NCBI RefSeq assembly: GCF_001194135.2
Contig: NC_068992.1
Coordinates: forward strand, 5,581,283 to 5,645,282
Source of the DNA: Octopus bimaculoides
Taxonomy: Eukaryota
Reading direction: 5' to 3'
Length of the DNA stretch: 64,000 nt
The position numbers were made by a program, and so were the translations under genes. A model generated the notes under the pieces. The model was given only the letters and a program-made list of their open reading frames with translations, was not told where the DNA came from and did not search any database. Shown piece after piece: positions 51,767-64,000 of the stretch. The number at the start of each line of letters is the position of its first letter. Position 1 is the first letter of the stretch.

Positions 51767-53784
51767 TGTGTGTGCGTGTGTGTGTCTCTGTCTGTGTGTA
51801 TGCTAGCGTATGTATATATTTGTATATATGTATGTATGTTTGTATTATGAATGTATGTATATAGGTACTTATTGATTTCATTGTTATTGATGTAGCAGAT
51901 GCTGTGTGTTGTTGAAGAAGGTAATACTTGTACGGTTAAAAGTTATTTCGTTACTGTCATAGATTTCCATGCTAAATTTGTAGTTGCTTTTTTTTTTTTT
52001 ACCGAACATTGCCTTCACCCATAGCCTTCATTGATTTAACAGCAGTCTAGTGAACAGCTTCGATGGAATTAACTCTGGAATGTGAACTGTGCGGAAAGTG
52101 AATGCTATTTTTGGCATACCGTATGAAGAGATATGGACAATATGAACGAGCACATTAAATAATGTATTTGGAGTTCAAAAATATACAGTTTTTTCTTTTT
52201 TGTTGATATTACATATGAAATTGATATTGTTGGTATTTCGTTGAATAAATTTTGTGATTATTACTAGTGATAGTTATAATTTTATCAAGTGCAGAAGTAT
52301 TCCATTCTATTTTAACACACCCACATAACATACTTCAACAGTTACAGATTTTTCCACATTCATAAATACATTTTCTGTATTTGTTTTCCACCTAGTTATT
52401 TCAATCAACTAACCGATACGCCCACAATGTATGTTGAAGTAACACTCTACGAACAATGAAATAACAAACTTGTTTACGATGGTGATTTAAGATGCAAATT
52501 ATTGTCATGAAATTATTTAGTTGTAACGTTAGTACAGGAATAGATAAATTTAAAACAAAATGCAAAGCATGATCAGACAACGACAGATAAATTTTTGAAC
52601 GTTGAATTAACTCACAGTACAAGAAAGTTCAAATATCATTTGTTATGAAACAAAACAAACGAAACAAATGAATACAGGAATGGGAATCAGAAAAAAAAGG
52701 AGATGGATGTCATAGTTTGATGATCAGATAAAAGGAAACGGAGATAATTTTCAGACTATGATTCATTAGAAACTCAAAATAACTTTGACGGGTGATAGTT
52801 TTTCTTCAGTCTCCCGCATTTTTCCTCAACTTGAGTTTTCTGCATACGGTAATCTCATAAATAATCTCCTTTAAATCAACATTAATTTCGTCAATAATTG
52901 ATATTATCATACCTATATAGAACCATTGAAAATATATACCTACGTACAAACATACTATCATGCATGAATTTATTGTCACACTAGTGATATAAAAGAATAT
53001 TTGTTATCGAACATAAATGGCGAGGCATCGAACTACCATATTAATACCACACTTCAAAACATACTCTGCCTTTTATCATATAAAAGGAAATGGTGCAGAC
53101 TCCAATGCTAGTGAAGAATATCCTTTACATGCATAAACATTGTTAATTGGAGACTTTTTTGTGCTTAATTCATTCCCAAGGCAAATTCAGTATCTTTGAC
53201 GACTCTGTTTTAATTAATTCACAAGTACACGTATTTGGAGGAATATCCACCCTTTCACACATATTCAATATTAAAAATAAACACAATTCGCTCCGACACT
53301 TCCATAAAAATGTTACCCCCATATGAGTTCACTGTTTTCGAATAAGTTACTTTCTGGTAACAATCAAATAAATAATTCAGCCATTACTACTAGAAAAAAG
53401 ACCACAATCGTACACATGTTAACGTTTAAGGTTTTCAGTCGTCATGGATACGTCAGTTGCTATTAGATTTATTTTGTTTTTGTTTTTTGTTAATTATAGT
53501 TATAGTTTTCTCCTCAGCCTGTACTTATATAAACCGTAGTAGCGACCTTTATAACCATTACAGCCACGTAGATTGAAATAATATGAAATGACGTGCTTTA
53601 CTTAAGAGCAAGGCGTGCCGGCCGGTCTGAGAATATAATCCATGGTCTGAGGATCTTGAGTGCAATATACTAAACGCTGCACAACCATATCTACAATCTC
53701 AGTATCTAGCATCTTCGTATGTGGACCGCTAAATGTAGCAATTCAGCGTCTCTTTCTTCCCTCCACCTCTCTCACCCTCTGTCC

Positions 53785-53839
<55 letters not shown>

Positions 53840-55320
53840 CCTATCTCTCTCTGTCCTTCTTTCTCTCTCTCTGTCCTTGTCTCTCTCTCTATCACACACA
53901 CACAGTATTTGCTTTTATCTGTGAGTGTGGTATCACTTGTGCTTTGCGATAGTTAACCCATGTTATGTTCAGGTTTGTATGCTCCTTATTATTAGTTACT
54001 TATAATTAGATTGTCAATTAAGCACTGATCATTCGTGCCCCGAGTCCTTTTTCGGCACCCTTTCTGTTAATTGGGTATCTGTACAGTTCACCGACTAAAG
54101 TACCTGACATTAGCGTAAGGCATTTTATCGGCCAAAAATTGGATGCAACATTTCCCTTTCAGGATCCTCGGCACGTAACGATGTCTTATCCTCTATCATC
54201 CAGCTGGATACTGCGTCTTTCTGCAAGCACCCATCTAGCTGTTGTGCTTTCTTGACATGTAAATATTTTATCTTGAATGATCTATTCGATCCCGATATCA
54301 AAGAGAATTTAATCCATAAAATTGTCCTTATGTTGTATCCCACAAAACACGCAATATGTGATGTTGCATGTTATAAAATTTAAGGCGGGATTTTAGATGG
54401 TTAAGATGCTAATATAGAGTCAGAATGAATTTTAACGCTGCTATTTCTGGTGTTCAAATATTGCTTATCGACTTCTGTATCACTTGATGGAAGATTGATG
54501 GCGCTCGTGATAGTGATTGTAATCTATTTGTAATGATGATTGAGGTCAATTGTACTTGAAAATTCGACAACTATTTTATCATCAATTAATATATCAGTGA
54601 CTTAGTCAAATGTGATGATAAGTAACACTTATTCGTATATAGATTAATGTAATATTGTACATTTAACATAAATGGATAACTTCAGTGTGTCATTAATGAA
54701 TTAATGATAAAACAATTTACACTAATTGCTGTATATGAGTGTATACAGCATTACTGAAGAAGTTGTCATAGATTCCAATGTATCTAAAACTATTTACTAG
54801 CCAAATGAAACCTTCTTAACTAGTCTATTTATTTATCTCTTCCCTATACGTCTTCAGCAATGGTGGCATCAGAACGCAGTCTAAGACTGATCCTTTAATC
54901 GAAGACATATTCCAGTCGATGGGCTTTCATTCTAACAAGTATCAGTTCAAGCAAACACAACCTTGATTTTTTGGCTCGCTATTAGGTTGTCAAAAACGTT
55001 CTTCCAGTTTTTAACCTTTAAATTCAGATTCACATATCTCGGCTCAAACAAAACTTTATTAATCGAAATGAACACCATCAGAATCAACACACTTTTGGCA
55101 ACAAATTAATTCATGCCAGTAGCTTAAAAACCTGTTATATTATAATTAATTTTATATCTTCCATGTTTCTTACATGGTGGTTTTACTATTTAAACGATCG
55201 TATGCATGGATGAAAATGTTATCAAACTTTTAACATCTTTTCCTCTTCATCTTTAATTGGTTGTTGACTTTACATAGGACTGTGTTCTATAAATGCTCAT
55301 AATACACCTTATTAATACAC

Positions 55321-55359
<39 letters not shown>

Positions 55360-55447
55360 NNNNNNNNNNTCCCATATATTCTCTGTGCATTTTCAACTTC
55401 ATTTATTTCTTCAGTATTACTACTTGTTTGGACTAGTAATGATCTTG

Positions 55448-55482
<35 letters not shown>

Positions 55483-57089
55483 TGTATATATATGTGTGCC
55501 TAAGTGTGCCGGACGGTGGTGCGGTTGTTTATAGCCCCCAGAAGACACCTCCTCCAGTGATTTAATTTCCCAGTGGAATGAGCTTTTATCACTAGCTAGT
55601 GATTAACACACGGTCGAGAAGGTTAACCACCCAGAAATTCGAGTCTGTGTGTATCAGTAAGGCTAAAGATGGGAGCGTAGACTACCCCTCGCAGATAATA
55701 ATCGGACACAGACTCTGTATCGCTAGCCAGCTGGAGGGGATGTCTACATGGGACTATAAACACTTACACACACATGCATATGCTAAGAAAAACGGTGACT
55801 ATGTTATTGTTATTTCCTTATATCTTTCTACATACAATTTTACCTACAGAATTCGCCAATTTCAATCGTTTTCACACTCATACTATGTCAGTTATATATT
55901 GTTATGATAGTAGTTAAACTTTATCTAATTAAATGAATAAAAAGAGGAACAGAAAATATGAAGCGAGAACTGTAGCCAAATAATAAATGGCAATAATATA
56001 ACACCTATGAGTATTAGGAAGATTATGAAGGTAGTGAGACACAAAGGAAAAAGTTACATTAAAGACAATATAGGAGATTAGTGTAAAGTTAAGTGTAACA
56101 TGACATAGATATCAAATATTGTAATACAAGAGATGGAAGATAGGCGTGCAAAAAATTAACAAAGAGAATCATTTGATACTTATAATGTTATTGACTGAAG
56201 ATAACTATGATTGTTTTAGCGTTTCAAACATCTTGCATGTCTCTATATTGATAACGTTTTACTTTAGTTTTCCTTCCTGTACAGGCGCGAGAATTATTTG
56301 AAGGTACGTAATTATAATCATATAACGTTTTCAAATAAATTAACAGTTTCATTTCACGTCACTTATGACAGATAATATATTAGCACAAGAAACGAAAATA
56401 CAATTTGCGGAATCCGATGGTTAAGAAATTGCCAACTTTTTAAATGTTCATTGGTTTTTTTTAAACAAAGTTCCGATGGAATTAAAACAATCTGGTGGAA
56501 ATGTTTCACCTCTAACAAAAATGTTTAAATGTCTAGACACTGTATTCAATGTTGTTCAAAAACATTATCGGTGATATTCCTGGTAAGTCAATGATAGTCA
56601 TTGCTTGCGTCAGTTCTCGGTGTAACAAAACTGTAGTGTTGGAGGAAATTCCATACAAGACATATGAACTGAGTGCAGGTTAATTCGTATGTGCTAACAG
56701 ACAGGAAAACCGTTCGAACTGTATCAGATGGTGACATAACAAGCTAAACGATTTCATGAGCATAGCGTTTTTTACCTTTTTCTGAGTATCCATCCTCATT
56801 AAATCTAAGACACTAAAGAAATATGTGAGGTGGCATGATAAGAACTTCGTTGAAAGAAATCGTTGTCGCTAGAGATTCTTTTTTTTTTTGTTGTCCTTTC
56901 TATATATATATATATATATATATTAATCCGTTTTCCGAATCTTCGATCCTGGTTTTACTTGTAAACAATCAGTGCGTTGGATTTCGTCTGTGTCATGCCT
57001 GAATTATTCTGAATATCATATCGCACACTTCTGACAGTCTCTGAAAAGTTATTTCTTAGTTCATTTCCAGATTAGCGAGAATTTTCGTT

Positions 57090-57480
57090 CTAAACACTAC
57101 AACCCTTTAGCAGTAAGTCTCTGAACGAAAATCAGGCACTTGAACGAAGCTGGAGTTAGTTTATCCAGTTTAAATCTCACGCACTCTCTTTTCGCTCTAC
57201 CCGCAAATGTGGTAAAGTTACCGTCATCGCTCTTCTCAATGTTCAAACACTCCCAACATGTGTCGAACGACGATGATGTTTCTCTAAAGACCTTACCTAC
57301 AATACCAATTGTGTCCGTGAGATTTATATCAGAAGCTTTTTTTAGGCAATATAAAGTTACAGTATTTTTTCAGGCCCCTTCGTCAGCAGTTTCCTCCGAA
57401 TTGGACGCGTTGGATTCAAAATTGGATTCAAGGGTTTGCAGCATTTCCAGGATTCCAGGATTTGGTTTATTAACGAGTTG
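57090..57480 (-). mobile_element. Ty3/Gypsy gag remnant (K02A2.6-like invertebrate lineage)
   Basis: Minus strand: ...KKASDINLTDTIGIVGKVFRETSSSFDTCWECLNIEKSDDGNFTTFAGRAKRECVRFKLDKLTPASFKCLIFVQRL. This resembles the recurrent gag motif LF..RW.CL...F.TYAG....CE.FKL..LT...FKCLIFVQGL. One in-frame stop. Confidence 0.65.
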
Positions 57481-57763
57481 ATTTCTTTATTTCACAAGAA
57501 AACAAATACCTATAATAGTGATACTTCAAAAAAAAAAAAGAAAATCAAAAAATAAATCTTGCAAATTTTCCGATAAGCGAGTGGCCATATTATTTATATC
57601 CTACAACGAACTACAGTACGTTTGATTCACCTGAAAAACGCTGAAAACACTTCACAAATTCTATAAGTATCTCATTTTCTTCACTTTTCTACACTTCTTT
57701 TCTTCTTTTCTTCACTTTCTTTTTCGTAATCGTGATTATTATTTGAAGAATCATTTATTTTGG

Positions 57764-57911
57764 CATATGCAAATTTTACTCATGTGCAAATTTTACTCAT
57801 GTGCAAATTTTACTCATATGCAAATTTTACTCATGTGCAAATTTTACTCATGTGCAAATTTTACTCATGTGCAAATTTTACTCATGTGCAAATTTTACTC
57901 ATGTGCAAATT
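57764..57911. repeat. 17-bp minisatellite (CATRTGCAAATTTTACT x8.7)
   Basis: Eight full copies plus a partial; the only variation is A/G at position 4 (copies 1 and 4 have A). Confidence 0.97.
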
Positions 57912-58158
57912 GAACGTAGAACTTCCCCAAAAAATCCTTCGATTTTCTTTGTCAACTCTTATTTTTAGTATTTCAATGTAAAAATATTGAAATAGAAAGT
58001 GCTTTTTTTCTTGAACGCATGATTCTTCTGTGAAAAATGTTCATTTTATGTTATTTGTTCTTAATTTTAAATCCAAACAACTTAAAATAACTTTCAAATT
58101 CCTTTGCCAACGTTTTCGTGCAGGGTATACATCGATGATCGGATAATCTTTTGTTTTT

Positions 58159-58160
<2 letters not shown>

Positions 58161-58228
<68 letters not shown>
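58161..58228. repeat. (TTA)n microsatellite
   Basis: Directly visible. Confidence 0.95.
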
Positions 58229-59457
58229 GTTAGGAACATCGCATTTCAGAATAGTTAGTTTTGTAGAAGTTGAGTGATGCACTAGATAACCTCCCCCCCC
58301 GCCTCCAATAATCAGTGACTATTTAGTGCAGTATCTGAGGGAAATATTTGACTTGGGGACGATTATCTCATACTAATTCCTGATCAAGCAGTGCTGAGAG
58401 ACCATTCTTGAGAAAATATTATCTGATTTTGAAGTCTCATATAACAATATTCAGGCGGAGTTGCAGTTGATATCTATACAAAAAAATTACCCAACAGTAT
58501 GTTCGTTCTCGACTACAGATGAGCTTCACGTGATTAATGTTGCTGAGATGACGATCGTGGTTGGATCGTTTTTCTCTGCAAATTTTCAAATCTTGTACAC
58601 AAATTATTGCAATTCCTGATGGCGATTCTGATAGCTGTCTTGTGGCGGAGGTGTTGATGATGGTGATGGTGGTGGTACTGGGCTGGCAGTTTGAAAAACA
58701 TTTGCTTTGAATCATATAGATATTTATTCGTCTATATTTTTAATGTAAATGATTTTATACGTTTATTATGTATATGCAATGATTGTTTCAAGCGAAATTA
58801 ACTATGTATAGCAAGTCATGAGAGAAAATAGAGGTTCCTTTAGCACAATCTCCTATCAACGTTGGTTATGCGTTTGACGCTGTTAAAAGAGTTTTTGATA
58901 TGAACTTTGTAGTAAATATGTCTTTTAATATTTTTTACTCAGATTTTTCCAGTTAAGAGTATTTTCGTATAATTACAATAAATTCAATTACAAGAGAATT
59001 TCCTTGCTCTAATAGACGGACATCCATACTCACAAAATGTGGAATGCAAAATTAAATATTTTCCATTTATCACTGTAGTTTTATTATTTAAATATCGAGG
59101 TAGCAGAACTGTGGCTGTCAGAAAAGAATGCGTTGCTTGTTATCAATACTTATATTGAGATTTCAGTTTTGCATTTTATATTTTCCTAATTGATAATACA
59201 CTGGACAAATCCCCATCAGGCTTTGTTTGTATATGATAACTTCTCTTCTCTCTATGGTTACGCTCGCACCTGAATCAGAAACCATTATTTAAATACTAAA
59301 ATAAATAAAGTGAAATAGTAAATAAATGTATTCTAATTGAGAAAAATGATAAAAGCTTGACACGTAGGTTAGCATTTTTGCAGCTAAAATTGATTAGGAA
59401 TCCACAAAGACAAATGAGAGAAGAAAAATTATGAAAGATATAAAGAAATAACAGGTA

Positions 59458-59492
<35 letters not shown>

Positions 59493-62400
59493 TTCCTATT
59501 TCTCCTTCTCTCTCTTCCTCTCTCTTCCTCTCTCTTCCTCCCTCTCTCTCTCCCTCTCTCTCTCTCTGACTACTGGTATCTTCTTTAAATTTGGAACGTA
59601 TTGTTACATAACTTAGCAATACAAATTTTTCTTTTTGTGTTTCATCCTTATATCATCAATATTCCGGAATTTCTTTAACTGTAATGAATGCAGCACAAAA
59701 GCTATTTACATTTATGTTTCACTGTTATTAGAATCGCAGAATATAAGGTTGCTCTATTAACACGAATGAATAATTCAAAATGTTCTACAAAATGGTCTAC
59801 ATGAAAATCCGACAGATTTAATAATGCATATGTACGCGAATATCCTTAGCATATTTAAACGAAAACACTTAGACAACAGAATTCGTGACATACCTTATCA
59901 AAGTAAGTGGTAACCGTTGTTTTGCTTAAACAACGATTCTATCTTGAATTTTGGTATTGAATGTATACCTCATTGAAATCAATTTAATTTAGAGACATTA
60001 ATTTCACTGCTTTTACTAACCGATAGATGACTTTTTAGATCTCGCACTTCATTCGTGTATTGCAGCGGTTAAGGCTATACAGCACTGGTATCGTATCATG
60101 TTTTGCCATCTCTACATTTTAAAGATTACAGCAAATCGCTTGCTATGACGTATCAATATTCTCGCAATGAAACATTTATCTAGAATCATATTTTCATACG
60201 AAATGCATATTTTCCATCTATCAATCCCTCTCCTTTCTACACTACATCATTAATCCCTGAGATAGTGCATCTGTCATACATGGTTCCGTGATTCTCGTAG
60301 CGTAGATTTTAATGGATAATATACAGAGAACTTTTTTTTTTTAAATCCTTGATATTCCTGATGCTATTCCTTATTCACCACTTATGGAATGGGCATACTA
60401 TAAACGCACTCTACTTGTGACTATACATTGGCGGATGGAATCTGTCGTTACTCAATGGATATTTAAAGTTTTCCACAGAGAGTGTGATTTTAAATGTTGT
60501 TCGTAGCTATTCGTTGTACAATATTATAAAAGATCAGCAGGGAGTTGATTGCATTCTTCAGTGCTATGCTGTTGTTACCGTTATCGACAATGCCACGTTT
60601 GTAGTGTTAAGCCTAAAACTAATATGACAATATAATTTTTTGGGGTGTCACGTACATATATTTAGACAAATATTATACGCAAACATACGTACACAAATAT
60701 ATTTTTATTAGTTTCTGTGTATAGTTGTGAATAAAAAAGTTTTCGCACACATATTAATGAGCGATTACGAATATGAATGTATTAATGTTTCCAAATGATA
60801 TTCTCAAATGCCTTGAAATTAATGATGATGAAACTGAGTTGGAGGAATCTCGTTGGGATGATTTTAATATTCATGATGTTCCTGATGTTCTTTGTATTAA
60901 TTTTTGATAATGAAAATTTCAGTTATTTGTAGGCATGATATTATCAAAAGTATGCAAATCATTTCAAAAGGTAATGCAGTGTGAGCATGTTGATATTTTG
61001 CTGCTGGTTCTGCCAGATAAAGGGGACACGTAGAGGCTGCTCATCTTGTTAGAGTGATTTAATTATAGATCAATCTCAGCTTATCATTGAAATGAAAAAT
61101 ATTGGATAATAAGTAATTATAAATATGGAGAGATTAATTTTGAGGTGCACTAGTAACTAGAAAACAATGGCGTTAAAATATGAATGTTGATGCCCGGAAG
61201 AGGGAGATAAAATATAATTTGTTTATGAGAGGAAAAAAAAAGACCAAACTCTTTATAATACAATATTCTCGTAATGAAATTTTCAGCTTTACTATAGTAA
61301 TATGTGGTTCGAAAGGGATTTGATTATTATTTGTATCAACTTGTGATATTAGATAAAGTATCAGTCAGTGGTTTGGTTTCTTAGTCTTGATAAATATGAA
61401 GGCGTTTTATTTGGCGTTGGTAAATATTTTGACATTAGCAGATATGATTAAAAAGACGATTGTGAAGGCATTACTAGTAATAGCAAGACATGAATCAGTG
61501 GCTATTACTATTGCACAAACTTCCCATGCCCTACTTTCTCTCATAACTTACTTTCGATATAGTTAAACGCTCTTTTTTTTATTATAGCAAAGCATCAGTA
61601 GATAAGCAAGCCTCAAACGCGAGATCTTTATTATATTTTCGTCACTAATTTCTCTTTTACTGTATCTCATCCGACCATCAGAGAAACCAGCAACAAAGTT
61701 TGTAGTTATAATATGTTTAACAATTATAAATTAGTATCATATGTCACACAGATGTAACAAGAAAACTATATAAATAATATTTAATTAATTACGCATTCTT
61801 CAAATTATTGAAGACAGGAATGAAAAAATAACAACAAAGAAAATAAAAGAAACACATACAACGTCCTCACAAATTCTTCTAATTCAGATATATGCAATGT
61901 TTCTAAGATTAATGTGAAACACAAAGAAATATACATTTTTAAATAGATAAGAAAAACGATTCAACAATGTCACACATCATTTTTGATGACAGTAATATAT
62001 ATTTGGCTGACAATAGCAATTCTTCAGTATACAACTTATAAAGTCTAATTCTATTTTCTTCATTCAGTTCGGATTTGTATTCTTCTGCTGTTAACACTCT
62101 TCAGTTAACGATAGTGCATCCCGTATACTTCAAAGAAAATGACACAGTAACAATCGTACGGAAGACTATCATAGACTATAACCGTTGAAACATCGGCGAA
62201 TGCGATGTTTCTTCTAGTGTATACTGAATGTAATTCTCAAGCTCAGTTACCAACAATTATTTTCTCACTTTATATTTATATTCTGATACATTTCAATAGA
62301 CAGACAACGACATGATTTCCATCTGCTCAATGTTTCTAATACATACACGAGTAACACGACCATACGATGCAAGACATTTACTAAAGTTTCTGTCCAAATC

Positions 62401-63626
62401 CTATCACATCGCTATATTCTTTATGTAATCGAAACTATTGAAATATTGCATAGATCTTTTGTTGAGAGTATATTTTTGACTGCTGTGGTTCGATTGCAAA
62501 TCAGTAGTAATCCAGTTGACATAAAAGACAGCAATATTGAGAGCGCGCGGATTTTTAAAAAAACATTTCTGTGACCAGTATTAGATTATGCAATGCATCT
62601 TTCATATTAGAAGGTGCTAGTGTGTGAGATAGAGATATAACGGTTATGCCAAGATATTAAAGCTATCAGACGAGATTTATTATCGTTTCCTCGTACATCA
62701 GATGATAATATTACTGTCCACACATTGAATGGTTCCTTTTATACACAGGTTTCTTGTTCTCCAAGTTAATGCATGGCATTTAAAAAAAATATTCACAAGC
62801 ACCTAAAGAACTCGCTTTCAATAATGAAAATGAAGAAATAAAAATTGTTTGCTGTGACATTTTATTGTCATTTGTCTTGTTTAATATTCATTTTAAGTAG
62901 CAGTTTGAAGAATTATGAAATACTTCAACATCAACATAAATATCGAATATTCCCAGTGTTGATGAGACAGTGTCGAGTCTATCCTTATTGTCCCTTTCTG
63001 AATGCTTTTTTTGTCACAACTGTGCCACATATGTATGCCTATGTCGAAAAGCAATCAACTGTCCGCCATTCTCTTATTTATTATTCTTTCAAGTATTTTG
63101 TTTCTGTTTTTCTTTGTAAGACTTAGCCTTTGACTGTCTTTTGAGTTGTATGGGGGAATGTGTGACTTATGTTACATTCCGCTGATATCATTAATAAATC
63201 CAGCAACTTCGCTTTAAGTGTTATTTGTCTAATATTGCTAGCGGCAACAGATTTGTTATTTCTGTCACTGGAGTCAATAAGGTTGAAGTCTTTCGTAGAC
63301 TTGGTAAGTATTGCAATGTTCGATTGGTGTTATGGCGATGGCTTTAGAGGTCTTGTTAATTTCAACAGCGTTGTCATTGTTATAAATAAACATGTCATCT
63401 CCGATTGTGTTGATAATTGCAGAGGTGTTGTCATTGGTGACAATATCGAGGATGGAAGGTGTTAAACAGTGAAAGTGATGTCCTCGTCTACTGACACCTA
63501 TTCATTTATGTTAGCTTCAATTCATACTCATCTATACATTGCTATATTGATTAAAAGTGAGTAAAATCCCGTGTTCCTCTTTAAATACCTTCCCTCCACA
63601 CACACACGTACACGTAAAGCACGAAT

Positions 63627-63679
<53 letters not shown>

Positions 63680-63690
63680 ATAGATAGACA
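63627..63690. repeat. (TAGA)n microsatellite
   Basis: Directly visible. Confidence 0.95.
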
Positions 63691-64000
63691 GACATATACG
63701 TCTGTGTGTGTTTGGCCGTGAATATGCTCACGTTCGCGCATGACTTGATGTATTGATACTGTAGCTATATATATATATTTAACGGCATTTATATTTGATC
63801 ACATATTACTAAAATTAAATTATGTAATCAGAAATGACATAATAAATTGCTTCCATATTGCAAATATCTAAGTAAGAATCAATGTTCGTTTAGATGCATT
63901 ACGTTTCAGACTTCGGATTGCAATCAATGAGGAAGGAAATATTACTGTTTTGGATATGGAAGATGGATATAATACTGATGCAGCAGTCAGATGGATATTT

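Noticed and set aside
54125-54343. 72-aa minus-strand ORF and an overlapping plus-strand candidate exon (AG at 54160)
   Set aside because: No recognisable domain and no consistent splice partners.
57764-57911. CRISPR-like appearance of the 17-bp array (likewise the 14-bp array at 22284-22403)
   Set aside because: No unique spacers between repeats, no cas genes, and a eukaryotic context.
63169-63480. 98-aa ORF and its Thr/Asn/Ile-rich antisense frames
   Set aside because: Composition follows a degenerate (GTT/GAT/TGT)n field; stops in the antisense frames and no motif.

Overview
AT-rich eukaryotic non-coding DNA. The tRNA-derived SINEs with internal microsatellites and the dense (CA)n/(TA)n/(TAGA)n tracts point to an octopod cephalopod, probably Octopus; this is recognition from memory, not a database match. 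I found no convincing host protein-coding exon, rRNA, tRNA gene or CRISPR array, and nearly all ORFs in the supplied track are microsatellite, N-gap or antisense artefacts. Recognisable content is mobile DNA: two R4/Dong-type LINE fragments, an RTE RT fragment, a CR1/L2-like remnant, at least three Penelope-like element (PLE) fragments (RT, N-terminal region, GIY-YIG endonuclease), a Ty3/Gypsy gag remnant, a probable solo LTR, a full-length degenerate DD34D mariner, several SINEs and a Helitron-like piece. The main second-look items are: (1) a complete type I hammerhead ribozyme fold 3' of the PLE endonuclease, plus a second minimal variant; (2) all nine best-supported retroelement fragments lie on the minus strand; (3) both R4/Dong fragments abut (TAA)n arrays at their truncated 5' ends; (4) a 74-bp near-perfect inverted repeat with a template-switch signature next to a PLE fragment.
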